Part shown: piece after piece, positions 1 to 10,025 of the stretch | Layout of the letters: each line of letters begins with the position of its first letter | How positions within the stretch are numbered: position 1 is the first letter of the stretch | Assembly: GCA_029936935.1 (NCBI GenBank) | Contig: JAPYRQ010000003.1 | Span: forward strand, 1 to 62,327 | Length of the DNA stretch: 62,327 nt | Source of the DNA: Dehalococcoidia bacterium | Lineage (GTDB): Bacteria; Chloroflexota; Dehalococcoidia; Lucifugimonadales; UBA1127 | Direction of reading: 5' to 3' | Translations under genes and position numbers: made by a program | The notes under the pieces: model-generated | Databases searched by the model: none | Told to the model about the DNA's origin: nothing | The model's input: only the letters and a program-made list of their open reading frames with translations

Positions 1-585
1 GGTTATCAGGATGTCCACATCCCGGACGCATTCTTCGGCGGAATTCACCGCAACCACGTCCAGTCCATGTACCTCACGCATTTCTGCAGCGAAGGCTTCC
101 CGCTTCTCAGCGGAGCGACTGTACGCCTTCACATGGGAAATCGTACGGACTTCGTTCATCGCAGTTATCTGCGCCCTGGCTTCCCAGCCTGAGCCGATGA
201 TGCCGATGGTGGAGGCGTCCTCACGAGCCATGAACTTGGTGGCTACGCCGCTGACGGCACCCGTCCGTATCTGGCCCAAGTCTCTGGCTTCAACAATGGC
301 CTCCAACCCGCCCAGTTCCAGGTCGTACAGCATGACCAGGTAGCGTGTCCTGGTAGGCGCGTTCGGCCTGCGATCGCTGCCGTAAGTCTTCATACCATAG
401 ACGCCGAACCCGTGGGCAATGCCGAACACTGTCCTATGCATGCCTTTGGGAAGCGGCAGATGTGTGCGAGGAAGATTGATTGCCTGCCCTACAGCCTCGT
501 CACGGAACACCTTCTCCGTCAACTCGATGCATTCGTTCATGGGAAGTAGGTTTCTTACATCGTCGTTACTTAGGTATATCGTCAT
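1..585 (-). CDS. Ornithine cyclodeaminase/mu-crystallin family protein (3' part runs off window)
   Basis: Manual translation MTIYLSNDDVRNLLPMNECIE...QIRTGAVSGVATKFMAREDASTIGIIGSGWEARAQ; RTGA and GxG motifs; AGGAGA RBS. Not in ORF track. Confidence 0.85.
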   Translation of the reverse strand, partial: MTIYLSNDDVRNLLPMNECIELTEKVFRDEAVGQAINLPRTHLPLPKGMHRTVFGIAHGFGVYGMKTYGSDRRPNAPTRTRYLVMLYDLELGGLEAIVEARDLGQIRTGAVSGVATKFMAREDASTIGIIGSGWEARAQITAMNEVRTISHVKAYSRSAEKREAFAAEMREVHGLDVVAVNSAEECVRDVDILIT

Positions 586-759
586 CGCACTCTCCTGAAA
601 CAGAATGGATTAGGGGGTTGGGATTGGCCTGCCACAGTATAGGGTCAGCGGCACAGTGTCGCAATCAGGAAGCTAGCTGCCTCGCGTAGCTGGGTATGCT
701 ATAGTGGTTTCCAGCCCGTTTTTACCTTGTGGTTACGTGGCTATGGGGAGGATAGTACC

Positions 760-2040
760 TTGCTTACACCAGAGGAAAACAAGCTTGTAACAGAGATTGG
801 TCCAGACACGCCCATGGGTGATCTCTTCCGTAGATTCTGGGTCCCTGTATTCCATGCCCGAGAGCTAGTTGATCCCGATGGTGCACCTGCTCGTACCAGG
901 TTACTGGGTGAGCACATTGTGGGGTTTCGAGACACCAGTGGGCGGCTTGGCATCCTTGAAGCGGCATGTCCGCATCGCGGCGTCGACCTCTCCTACGGCG
1001 TCAACGAGGAAAACGGCCTTCGCTGCGGCCGATGTGGCTGGAAGTTTGACGTAGAGGGCAACATCCTAGATATGCCCTACGAGCCTGATGCTGAAAGCCT
1101 GATGAAGACCATTAAGGCTGTGACATACGGCGTACAGGAGTGGGGCGGCCTCATCTGGGCTTATATGGGTCCGAAAGAGGAGTCCCCGGAACGTCCCGAG
1201 TTTGAGTGGGGTCAACTGCCGGAAGACCATCGATACATCTCCAAGTTCGTCCAGGAGTGCAACTACCTCCAGGGCCTTGAGGGTGGCATAGACAGTTCAC
1301 GCATCTCCTTCTTGTACGACATGCTCTTCGGTGACCCGCCGACGGTTGAGACTACTGCCGACCACCTGGTGCAGGGGATAGAAGGGACTCGTAAAAAAGA
1401 GAAATCCCAGTCCGTGTCAATCAAGACCACTGACTATGGCCTGATGGTCGCCGCTTCTATCGATGAAGGTCAGGAGACTAACGACTGGCAGGTCAACCAG
1501 TGGATGATGCCTTTCTACACCACTCCAAAGCCAGAAGGCGACGGATTGCTGGGCTGTCTGGCGTGGGTTCCCGTAGACGACAAGAACACGATGGTCTATG
1601 TCATTACCTACCACCCGAACAGGCCTATGACTGAAGAAGAGCTTGAGACCCGCAAGGCCGGAGGCGGTAACCACCCTGAACTCAATGAAGGCACATACAA
1701 GCGCAAACGCAACAAGGAAAACGGCTACATGATTGAGCGGAAAACCAGTGGGGCAAACCCCCTGGCCACAATCTCCAACGAGTTTGAACTGGCGTTGGTG
1801 CTAGAAGAGAGCATGGGCGCTATTGTCGATCGAACCAAAGAGCAGCTTGACCCCAACGACATTGCAATCATGGAAACGCGCAGGATACTGATGAAGTCCG
1901 CCATCGATCTGAGAGAGGGCACCGAGCCCGCTGCTGCCCACAACGGCGCTGCATACAACGTACGAGCGTCATCGCCTGTGTTGAAGCGGGATGCGTCCAT
2001 TGATCAGGTCGAGGACAAGCCCATTCCTGAACGCGAATAG
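760..2040 (+). CDS. Rieske oxygenase alpha-subunit paralog (phthalate 4,5-dioxygenase-like) with degenerate metal sites
   Basis: Colinear with the paralogs at 25153-29191; TTG start MLTPEEN after GGGGAGG; CPHRG...CGRCGW; IDSSRISFLY. Confidence 0.85.
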   Translation: MLTPEENKLVTEIGPDTPMGDLFRRFWVPVFHARELVDPDGAPARTRLLGEHIVGFRDTSGRLGILEAACPHRGVDLSYGVNEENGLRCGRCGWKFDVEGNILDMPYEPDAESLMKTIKAVTYGVQEWGGLIWAYMGPKEESPERPEFEWGQLPEDHRYISKFVQECNYLQGLEGGIDSSRISFLYDMLFGDPPTVETTADHLVQGIEGTRKKEKSQSVSIKTTDYGLMVAASIDEGQETNDWQVNQWMMPFYTTPKPEGDGLLGCLAWVPVDDKNTMVYVITYHPNRPMTEEELETRKAGGGNHPELNEGTYKRKRNKENGYMIERKTSGANPLATISNEFELALVLEESMGAIVDRTKEQLDPNDIAIMETRRILMKSAIDLREGTEPAAAHNGAAYNVRASSPVLKRDASIDQVEDKPIPERE

Positions 2041-2133
2041 TACGTCGCACGATCCGATATATATCCCACGATACAAGGATGTACCTGTGCCCAGCACCAG
2101 TGAGATGACTACACGGATTCATGTGATCCAACC

Positions 2134-3471
2134 ATGACCTCGGACAACAGCGTGCGGCCCAATACGCCCCACTTCTTCTACGGCTGGGTAGTCGTTGCCA
2201 CAGCATTCTTGGTCAACGTGGTTGCTGCTCCGATGAACGCTGTGGTTGTAGCCTTCTTCGTTGGCCCCTTAAGCGAGGATCTGGGTGTAAGCCGTAGTGC
2301 CATTGCGTGGGCTTTGACCTTCCGCATCGCCGTTGCAGGACTTACCGGCCCGTTCATGGGACCGCTCATAGACAAGCATGGCTCCCGGTGGTTGGGCGCC
2401 ATTGCCGGTGTGTATACGGGAGCCACTCTCATCGGCCTCTATTTTGTGGATAGTATCTGGATCCTTTACTTGATGTTCGGCCTTTCCGGACTTATGGGGT
2501 TCGGCGCCCCCGGCGGCAGCCTGCTCATCACAGTCCCTGTTGCCAAGTGGTTCGTCATTCGTAGAGGCCGCGCTATGGCGATTGCAACTGCTGGTGCGCC
2601 TTTGGGGACAGTGGCCGGGATTTTCATAGCCCAAGCCTTAATCCACAGCATCGGTTGGCGTGGAGCCTGGGTGGTGTTTGGCCTTGGCTTGTGGGCGGTC
2701 ATGGTGCCTTTATTTGCCGTCTTCATGCGAAGGACACCGGAAGACCTGGGCCTGAAGCCGGATGGAGCTGTTGAAGAGCCCTCCAGCGATAACGTATCGG
2801 TTGGAGGCCATGCGACTGTTTCTCAAGAGGTGGATTGGCCTCTGCGGACGGTATTGCGAACCCGGGTCATGTGGATGCTGGTAGTGGCCTTTGGAATCAA
2901 CCAGTTCGTGGGATCGGGCACGTTGCTGCACAGGGTTGGGTCATTTGAGGCTGACGGCCTGTCAGACGGCGTGATAAGTGTGGGTATCGCTGTTGAGCCC
3001 TTCACATTCCTTATTATGGCCCTGGTGTTCGGTATGGTCATTGAACGGGCTGTACCCCGGTTTATCGGTGCCCTGGGCCTCGCCTTCATGTCAATATCCA
3101 TCCTGCCCATGCTGTTCTTTGTGGATGGTCAGAACTACTTCATCTTCATCCATAGCATCATGTGGGGCATGGGAGCTGGGGCTGGCATGAACTTCATGAA
3201 TGTCGTTTGGCCCAGCTACTTCGGTCGGAAACACCTGGGGTCGATTCGGGGATTCATCCTGCCGATTACCATTCTGGCGGGGGGCCTTGGTGCGCCGATG
3301 TATGGCTACATCATCGATCACTGGGGCGGGTATTCCATGGCCTGGTCGATTACGCTTATTTCGATGAGTGTTTCTGGAACCCTCTACCTTTTTGCCAGTC
3401 CACCAAAACCCAAAGAGAGCGCAGCCCAGGAAGCAAGCGGTGAATCCGGGCAATCTACCCTTCTGGAGTAA
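2134..3471 (+). CDS. MFS transporter
   Basis: About 12 TM helices; motif A GPLIDKHGSR; FFYGWVVV N-terminus. Confidence 0.9.
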   Translation: MTSDNSVRPNTPHFFYGWVVVATAFLVNVVAAPMNAVVVAFFVGPLSEDLGVSRSAIAWALTFRIAVAGLTGPFMGPLIDKHGSRWLGAIAGVYTGATLIGLYFVDSIWILYLMFGLSGLMGFGAPGGSLLITVPVAKWFVIRRGRAMAIATAGAPLGTVAGIFIAQALIHSIGWRGAWVVFGLGLWAVMVPLFAVFMRRTPEDLGLKPDGAVEEPSSDNVSVGGHATVSQEVDWPLRTVLRTRVMWMLVVAFGINQFVGSGTLLHRVGSFEADGLSDGVISVGIAVEPFTFLIMALVFGMVIERAVPRFIGALGLAFMSISILPMLFFVDGQNYFIFIHSIMWGMGAGAGMNFMNVVWPSYFGRKHLGSIRGFILPITILAGGLGAPMYGYIIDHWGGYSMAWSITLISMSVSGTLYLFASPPKPKESAAQEASGESGQSTLLE

Positions 3472-4609
3472 CCGTTCCCGCCTCTATCCAGAAGGTTGCT
3501 ACAGCGTCCTGTAATTCGTCCGGTTGCCGCTCGCCATCCACCATCGTCACCAAGGCTTGCTCAGCGTTGCATGCGGCTTCCAGCACTTTAAGCTGTCGCG
3601 CTTCATCAAGCTCTGAGAGGACATCGTCCAGCAGCAGTATCGGCTCCTCGCCAAGGATTTCTGTCAGATAGCCCGCCTCGGCCAACCGTAGTGACAACGC
3701 CACCGTTCGTATTTGCCCGCGAGAGCCATACTGGCTGACGTTCACATCGCCCACGGTCGTCCGTAGCTCGTCCCTGTGCGGGCCGACCAGGGTCTGTGCC
3801 ATCTGTACCTCGCGAGTGCGTACAGAGACGAGCCGCTCTGCGATGTAGGTGGCAACCTCTTCCGGTGTGCCTTGTTGCTCTATTGAAGGTTCGTAGGTGA
3901 CGACGAGTGCTCCGTCCTCCGCTGCCATGGATTCGTATGCTTCTGACGCCATCGGCGACAAAGCCGCCATTGCTGTGCGACGTCGGTTGGTGATGCTTGC
4001 GCCGTGTTGGCTGAGTTCATCGTTCCAGAAGATGAGCTCGTCTTGCCCGGCCTGACCCTCGCGTATACGTTTGAGTAGCTGGTTTCGCTGAATCATGACC
4101 TTCTGATAGCGCTGCAGGACTTTGATGTACTCCCTGTCCACCTGAGACAGGAGCACGTCCATGTACCTACGCCGGTTCGATGGTGAGCCACTAATAAGAC
4201 TGAGGTCATCTGCAGAGAAGAGCACCGCTGCAATCGCTCCAATGGCTTGGGCTGCGGGTTTTGGTAGGCCGTTCACCCGGATTCGCTTCTGATACACCCC
4301 GTTCGGGCTGCCGGCCGGCCCCGGCGCGATGGCCATGTCTACCTGAACCTCTACCTGCTGTCCGTCCTTCCGCTGTGCCGTACCGATAAGCCGTGTGTAC
4401 GGAGTCTCCTGCGCCGCTTCAAACCTGATGACGTCACGCTCGTTCTCGGCGCGAGTGGATTTTGTGAGTGCAAGGAGGTAAATGGCTTCAAGAAGGTTGC
4501 TCTTACCCTGGGCATTGGCACCACGGAAAACAGACAACCCTGGACTGAGGTCCAGTTCCGTGTCCGCGTAGTTGCGGAAATTTTTGAGGCTTAGATGTGA
4601 TAAATACAT
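3455..4609 (-). CDS. recF: DNA replication/repair protein RecF
   Basis: MYLSHLSLKNFRNY, Walker A GANAQGKSN, GPHRDEL, SRGQ, LLLDDVLSELD. Confidence 0.97.
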   Translation of the reverse strand: MYLSHLSLKNFRNYADTELDLSPGLSVFRGANAQGKSNLLEAIYLLALTKSTRAENERDVIRFEAAQETPYTRLIGTAQRKDGQQVEVQVDMAIAPGPAGSPNGVYQKRIRVNGLPKPAAQAIGAIAAVLFSADDLSLISGSPSNRRRYMDVLLSQVDREYIKVLQRYQKVMIQRNQLLKRIREGQAGQDELIFWNDELSQHGASITNRRRTAMAALSPMASEAYESMAAEDGALVVTYEPSIEQQGTPEEVATYIAERLVSVRTREVQMAQTLVGPHRDELRTTVGDVNVSQYGSRGQIRTVALSLRLAEAGYLTEILGEEPILLLDDVLSELDEARQLKVLEAACNAEQALVTMVDGERQPDELQDAVATFWIEAGTVTPEG

Positions 4610-4967
4610 TGCGTCCGTAGGCCTTTTAGCAGTGGCAAAAACTGACGGTATAACAGACCACGGGTATTCTAGCAGTAACGGGGCTTCCACGATTGATCTA
4701 CACTCGTGATTTGGGGCAGAAACTGCGTCGAAATTCGTAAAAACACGATAGGCATAGCTTCAAAGAGGTGTGCTATACTCCGTTTGTGCCCATGTGGCGT
4801 GGGCAGTAACTAGCATTGAATATCGGAGGTTGAGCCTCCGTGAATTCATCCCTCCAATCCAGCGTGTCTCGCTTTTTAAAAGGAGACACATAAGAGTAAA
4901 GGGGTGCAGTTTTGGGATTAACAGGGCAGGGCTACCGAGTCAGAATTTGTAAGACAAGGTGGTTGCT

Positions 4968-7706
4968 ATGACCCTTCGTGATACAACCAAACAGACCCAG
5001 TGGGTCTACTCTTTTCAATCGGCAGACGGTAGCCAGCGCAACCTCCTAGGTGGCAAAGGAGCGGGCCTGGCAGATATGACCGCTGCTGACCTTCCTGTCC
5101 CCCCTGGTTTCATTATCACCACAGAAGCCTGCCGCTCCTACTATGAATCCAGTAAGACCATGGCCGATGAGATGTGGGCCCAGACCTTGGAGGCTATGCA
5201 GGAACTGGAGCACACCACCGGGCGGTTCTTAGGAGTCCCTTCCAATCCCCTTCTGGTCTCCGTTCGTTCAGGCTCCTCGGTCTCCATGCCCGGCATGATG
5301 GACACGGTTTTGAACCTTGGCTTGAACCAGAGCGTCGCTGACGGCATCGCACGGCGTTCAGGGAACCCACGGTTCGCCCTCGACCTCTATCGACGCTTCA
5401 TCCAGATGTTCGGCAACGTCGTCCTTGGCATTGAAACCAAGCACTTCGATGTAGTTCGGGAGGCGATCGAGAAGGAGGCTGGCGTCAAACTGGCCTCGGA
5501 ACTGTCGCCGGAAGCATTGCAGCGCCTCATTAATGAATACAAAGTAGTGGTCAAAAACGAGACCGGGGAAAACTTCCCGGACACACCTAAATTCCAGTTG
5601 GAACAGGCCATCCGTGCAGTGTTCGAGAGTTGGGACACGCGCAGAGCCATAGACTATCGTAACTTCAACAATATCCCTCATAACCTGTATACCGCCGTCA
5701 ACATCGTCGCCATGGTCTTTGGCAACATGGATGACACAAGCGGCACAGGCGTACTGTTCACCAGAGACCCCTCCACCGGGGAGAAGAAGCTCTACGGAGA
5801 GTACCTGATAAACGCCCAGGGTGAAGATGTTGTGGCGGGTATTGCCACCCCTCAGAAGATAGCCCAACTCCAACAGCAAATGCCAGAGGTCTATACCCAA
5901 CTGGATCAGATGGCCATGCAACTTGAGCAGCACTATCGTGACGCCCAGGATGTCGAGTTTACAGTGGAGCAAGGTAAGCTCTACCTTCTACAGACTCGAG
6001 GGGCCAAACGCAGCGCGAAGTCTGCTATCAAGATGGCTGTAGATATGTTTGAAGAAGGTCTGATAACCAAGGAAGAAGCCCTGATGCGGGTTGAACCCGA
6101 GCAGATTTATCAACTCCTTCTGCCACGCCTTGATGAAAGCGCCAAAGAAGCGGCGAAGGACGCCGACCGACTCATAACAGTTGGCCTGGGCGCATCGCCT
6201 GGTGGAGCCACTGGAAAGGCCGTCTTCACTGCCGACGAAGCCGCAGCGCAGGGCAAACTCGGAGTTAGCGTCATCCTTATCCGACCAGAGACCAGCCCTG
6301 ACGATGTCCACGGCCTTATTGCCTCCGTCGGTGTGCTTACCGCAAGAGGAGGCGCAACCAGCCACGCCGCTGTGGTAGCTCGTGGGTTGGGCAAGCCCTG
6401 TGTCGCAGGAGCAGAGACGCTTGATGTCCGGCCGGATGAAGGCGTTCTCCGTTGCGGCGACGTCACTATCAACGCAGGCGATGAGATCAGCATCGATGGC
6501 TCGACTGGCGAAGTATTCATCGGCGGAATCGCTACCCTGGCACCGTCGGTCAACGACGATTCCGACCTTGTGACGCTTCTTGAGTGGGCCGACGAGACCA
6601 AACGTCTGGGCGTATGGGCCAACGCAGATTACCCAAGGGATGCGGAAATGGCCGTTGCCTTTGGCGCGGAGGGGATTGGCCTCTGTCGGACGGAGCACAT
6701 GTTCTTTGAGCCGGAGCGTCTCGCACTGGTGCGAGAGATGATGCTTGCTGCTCATGCAACCATTGCCATCCAAGAGGGTGAAGAGGCACAAAAGCGCTAT
6801 GAGAGTTCATTGGCCGAGTTGGAGAAGCTCCAGATTGACGACTTTGAGGGAATCCTTCGCGCTATGGCGGGGAAGCCCGTAGTCATCCGTTTGCTGGACC
6901 CGCCGATGCATGAGTTCCTTCCCCCCTATGAAGAGTTGCTTGCTGAAGTGATTGAGCTTCGCATCAAAGGCACCGATCCCGAAGAGCTTAAAGAGCGTGA
7001 GAATCTGCTTAGTGCCGTCAATGAAATGCGTGAGACCAACCCAATGATCGGGATGCGGGGTTGTCGCCTTGGCCTGGTCTACCCGGAGATCTACATCATG
7101 CAGGTTCGGGCAATCATGACCGCAGCCACACAGGTTGCATCGGAAGGGTTGCAGGTGTGCCCGGAAATCATGATTCCATTGGTGAGCCATACCAATGAAT
7201 TCCAGTCACTGAGAGATACTTTAGAGGCCACCATACAAACTTACAGGGATGCCACAGGAAGCACACAGACGTACAGCATTGGCACGATGATTGAACTGCC
7301 TAGAGCTGCGCTGACTGCCGACCAGATAGCCAAGTCCGCTGAGTTCTTTAGCTTTGGCACCAATGACCTGACACAGAACACGTTCGGGTTTAGCCGCGAC
7401 GACGTTGAGACGAAGTTCCTCATGCGCTATCAGGAAGCAGGGATTCTGAAAGAGAACCCGTTCCAGGTTGTGGATGAAGAGGGTGTCGGCCAACTTATCC
7501 GAATGGCGTGTGCGTTGGGTCGTGGGGCACGCAGCGATATCTCGTTGGGCGTTTGTGGTGAGCACGGTGGTGACCCCAAGAGCATTGAGTTCTTCAACAC
7601 CCTGCCGCTGGATTACGTTAGCTGCTCTCCCTACCGGGTGCCGGTAGCACGGTTGGCAGCTGCCAGAGCAGAGTTGAAGCAGAACGCGGCTAAGGGTGGC
7701 GAATAG
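4968..7706 (+). CDS. ppdK: Pyruvate, phosphate dikinase
   Basis: LLGGKGAGLA, SMPGMMDTVLNLG, phospho-His GGATSHAAVVARG, GLCRTEHM, FSFGTNDLTQ, CGEHGG. Confidence 0.97.
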   Translation: MTLRDTTKQTQWVYSFQSADGSQRNLLGGKGAGLADMTAADLPVPPGFIITTEACRSYYESSKTMADEMWAQTLEAMQELEHTTGRFLGVPSNPLLVSVRSGSSVSMPGMMDTVLNLGLNQSVADGIARRSGNPRFALDLYRRFIQMFGNVVLGIETKHFDVVREAIEKEAGVKLASELSPEALQRLINEYKVVVKNETGENFPDTPKFQLEQAIRAVFESWDTRRAIDYRNFNNIPHNLYTAVNIVAMVFGNMDDTSGTGVLFTRDPSTGEKKLYGEYLINAQGEDVVAGIATPQKIAQLQQQMPEVYTQLDQMAMQLEQHYRDAQDVEFTVEQGKLYLLQTRGAKRSAKSAIKMAVDMFEEGLITKEEALMRVEPEQIYQLLLPRLDESAKEAAKDADRLITVGLGASPGGATGKAVFTADEAAAQGKLGVSVILIRPETSPDDVHGLIASVGVLTARGGATSHAAVVARGLGKPCVAGAETLDVRPDEGVLRCGDVTINAGDEISIDGSTGEVFIGGIATLAPSVNDDSDLVTLLEWADETKRLGVWANADYPRDAEMAVAFGAEGIGLCRTEHMFFEPERLALVREMMLAAHATIAIQEGEEAQKRYESSLAELEKLQIDDFEGILRAMAGKPVVIRLLDPPMHEFLPPYEELLAEVIELRIKGTDPEELKERENLLSAVNEMRETNPMIGMRGCRLGLVYPEIYIMQVRAIMTAATQVASEGLQVCPEIMIPLVSHTNEFQSLRDTLEATIQTYRDATGSTQTYSIGTMIELPRAALTADQIAKSAEFFSFGTNDLTQNTFGFSRDDVETKFLMRYQEAGILKENPFQVVDEEGVGQLIRMACALGRGARSDISLGVCGEHGGDPKSIEFFNTLPLDYVSCSPYRVPVARLAAARAELKQNAAKGGE

Positions 7707-7748
7707 CGGCGGGCTCCGCAAAAGAGGCTCCCGCCGCCTGATTCTCCA

Positions 7749-9905
7749 CTAGTTTTTCTCTTTGTCCTTGCCCTCGTCTTCTGAAGACTCAGCGTCGTCT
7801 GACGTAGCATTGCCTTCGCTGCTATCCGCAGAAGACTCGTCTTCGCCTTCGTCCGTAGGTTGGGTGGGGAACAGGGAGTCTTCCTTTTCACCCAGGTTGT
7901 CTTCAGCTTCTCTCAGCATGTCAGCTACTGACTCCGGCTCAGGTGGTAGCATGTTCTCTTTTCCGGGTGTCCTGATGTGGGACCCGCCTCCACCAATGAT
8001 CGAGAACACCACGGAGCCACCCATGACCACACCGCCTACGAGCAGCAAGATCATTGCTCGACTCTTCACACCATCGAAGAATGCATCACCTACCTGGAGG
8101 CCGGTATCGTAGGCCTTTTCTAGAACAATGGCCTCCAACTGGTCTTCAGCATCTGCAACACGTTCAATCTTTTCTTTTTCCAACTCATCTTTTGCAATAG
8201 AGTCATAGAGAGGTCCACTGGCTACAAAAACCAACAACGCTGAAACAAACAGGGAACCGGCGGCCCAACCCAGCTTGGTTATCCACTTACGGCCACCAAT
8301 GAAGCCGGTCATGCCTAACATGACTAGTGACAAGAGCGGCAATCCTAGGCTCCATGACCGGGCACGGTCAATATAGCCTCTGGTATCGTTAAAATCCTCT
8401 ATGTCCTCGCTATAGCTCAGGTCGTCAACGTCATAAACGAGTTCCAGGAGGTCGTCCTTTGTCCAGTTCCAGCCGTCCCGGATGGTCTCTCGTATGTAGT
8501 CCAGGTCATCCAGTGAGGATTGATCCATAACCTTGGGGAGATCAGTTTCATTGAATGACCAGCCGTTTTTAACAGCCATCCGTACATCATCCAGGGTTTT
8601 AGCAGACTCAGTTCCACTGATGGTTGCCAGAAGATCCTCTTTTGTGAAAGTCACGGAGGAAGGCAATTGATCTGTGATGCTCTGACCAAGGAAATCCAGA
8701 GGGTCTATGCCCAGGCCGTCTTGGAGTGCCTCAACGGTCAGGCCGTGTATCGTGCACAGGAGTGACGTGGGATCAGCGACACCCAGGGCTATCTGAATAA
8801 TCTGGGCTGAGGTACAAGCAGGTAGGCTTTCTAAAAGCGCGGTGTATTTCTGGGTCACAGTGCCGGTCAAGATATCAACTGCAGCACCTATTCTGTCTTG
8901 TACAGGCACCGTCACGATGAATCCTTCGCTTGTGCCGGTCAGATACGGGATGATGCCGTTCACTAGATTGTCAGTCTGCTGGGCTACCCATGTCGGAGTC
9001 AGGGCAGCTTCCACTGCCTGACGTATTTCCGGCCTAGTAATCACGACTCCGAGAGGTAGCTCCACCCCATCGACGAGGTATTCGTCCAAGGCTGGATCAA
9101 TGACTTCATCCAGGATGTACGGTTGGAGGTCTACATTCTCCAGAATACGGTTGAACTCCTGCTGGACTGCAACAACCTTATCCTCCAGGGGGATTGTGAA
9201 GGTGAATGTGTCGCTCTTACCTATAAAGTAGGGCCCAACATCGTTTGCGGCCTGTGTCTGTAGCGATTGGAGGAGTTCCGGAGTGATCACTCGCTCCAAG
9301 GACTCAACGGCTTGATTCGCCGTGAGGGATATGCCCAGTGCCAGGTCAATCTCTGTTCCTAATCTGTCTTCAACAGCTTGAGGGATAGTTTCGTCAAAGA
9401 GGGCGGCATGAAGGTCGATACTGTTGAGAAGCTCTTGGATGACTACCAGCGCCACATCAGCACGCTCGGCAAGGCTGACTGTAAGCGAAAGGTCATCGGT
9501 CTCGCCAGTCAAATAGGGGACAGCGTCGTCAATGGCAAGCTCAACTTCGGTCTGAATCCAATCCGGCGGAAGCGTTGCCTGGATTGCTTCGACGATCTCT
9601 TCCGTGGTCAGATTGATGTCCAGCGGTAGGCCGCCGGCTTCTTCAATCTGTTGATCGATAGCGACTGTGAGAGCGTCCGTATAGAGGAAGTTGTAGATAT
9701 CCGCCTCTACTAGCTGATCTTTAAAGAATTGCTCTTCAAGGAACGTATCGTTCACTCGCAAAGACAACAGTGTGACGATCAGCAGGGGAATCATCAGGAC
9801 GCCCAACCCGATTGCTATGAGCCTTCTTACCCAGATTATTTTGCCCCGTACTAATACGAATTTGAACGATTGCGCCATTCTATGGAGATGCTTCCGCACC
9901 GTCAA
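7749..9905 (-). CDS. Hypothetical membrane protein with three 95-aa extracytoplasmic repeats and an acidic tail (start uncertain, possibly 9878)
   Basis: 718-aa ORF; one N-terminal TM and about three C-terminal TM; PYLTG/PYFIG/PYLTG at aa 130/225/320. Confidence 0.8.
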   Translation of the reverse strand: MTVRKHLHRMAQSFKFVLVRGKIIWVRRLIAIGLGVLMIPLLIVTLLSLRVNDTFLEEQFFKDQLVEADIYNFLYTDALTVAIDQQIEEAGGLPLDINLTTEEIVEAIQATLPPDWIQTEVELAIDDAVPYLTGETDDLSLTVSLAERADVALVVIQELLNSIDLHAALFDETIPQAVEDRLGTEIDLALGISLTANQAVESLERVITPELLQSLQTQAANDVGPYFIGKSDTFTFTIPLEDKVVAVQQEFNRILENVDLQPYILDEVIDPALDEYLVDGVELPLGVVITRPEIRQAVEAALTPTWVAQQTDNLVNGIIPYLTGTSEGFIVTVPVQDRIGAAVDILTGTVTQKYTALLESLPACTSAQIIQIALGVADPTSLLCTIHGLTVEALQDGLGIDPLDFLGQSITDQLPSSVTFTKEDLLATISGTESAKTLDDVRMAVKNGWSFNETDLPKVMDQSSLDDLDYIRETIRDGWNWTKDDLLELVYDVDDLSYSEDIEDFNDTRGYIDRARSWSLGLPLLSLVMLGMTGFIGGRKWITKLGWAAGSLFVSALLVFVASGPLYDSIAKDELEKEKIERVADAEDQLEAIVLEKAYDTGLQVGDAFFDGVKSRAMILLLVGGVVMGGSVVFSIIGGGGSHIRTPGKENMLPPEPESVADMLREAEDNLGEKEDSLFPTQPTDEGEDESSADSSEGNATSDDAESSEDEGKDKEKN

Positions 9906-10025
9906 GGTAACCAGACGCTCCTGGTATACAACGATATTAGGCTATCCAAGGTTGCAAAGACCCCAACAGCATCCCTCTGGCGTAGCTCGTGTAGAATGAA
10001 AGTCGATAACAAACAAGAGGTATTG

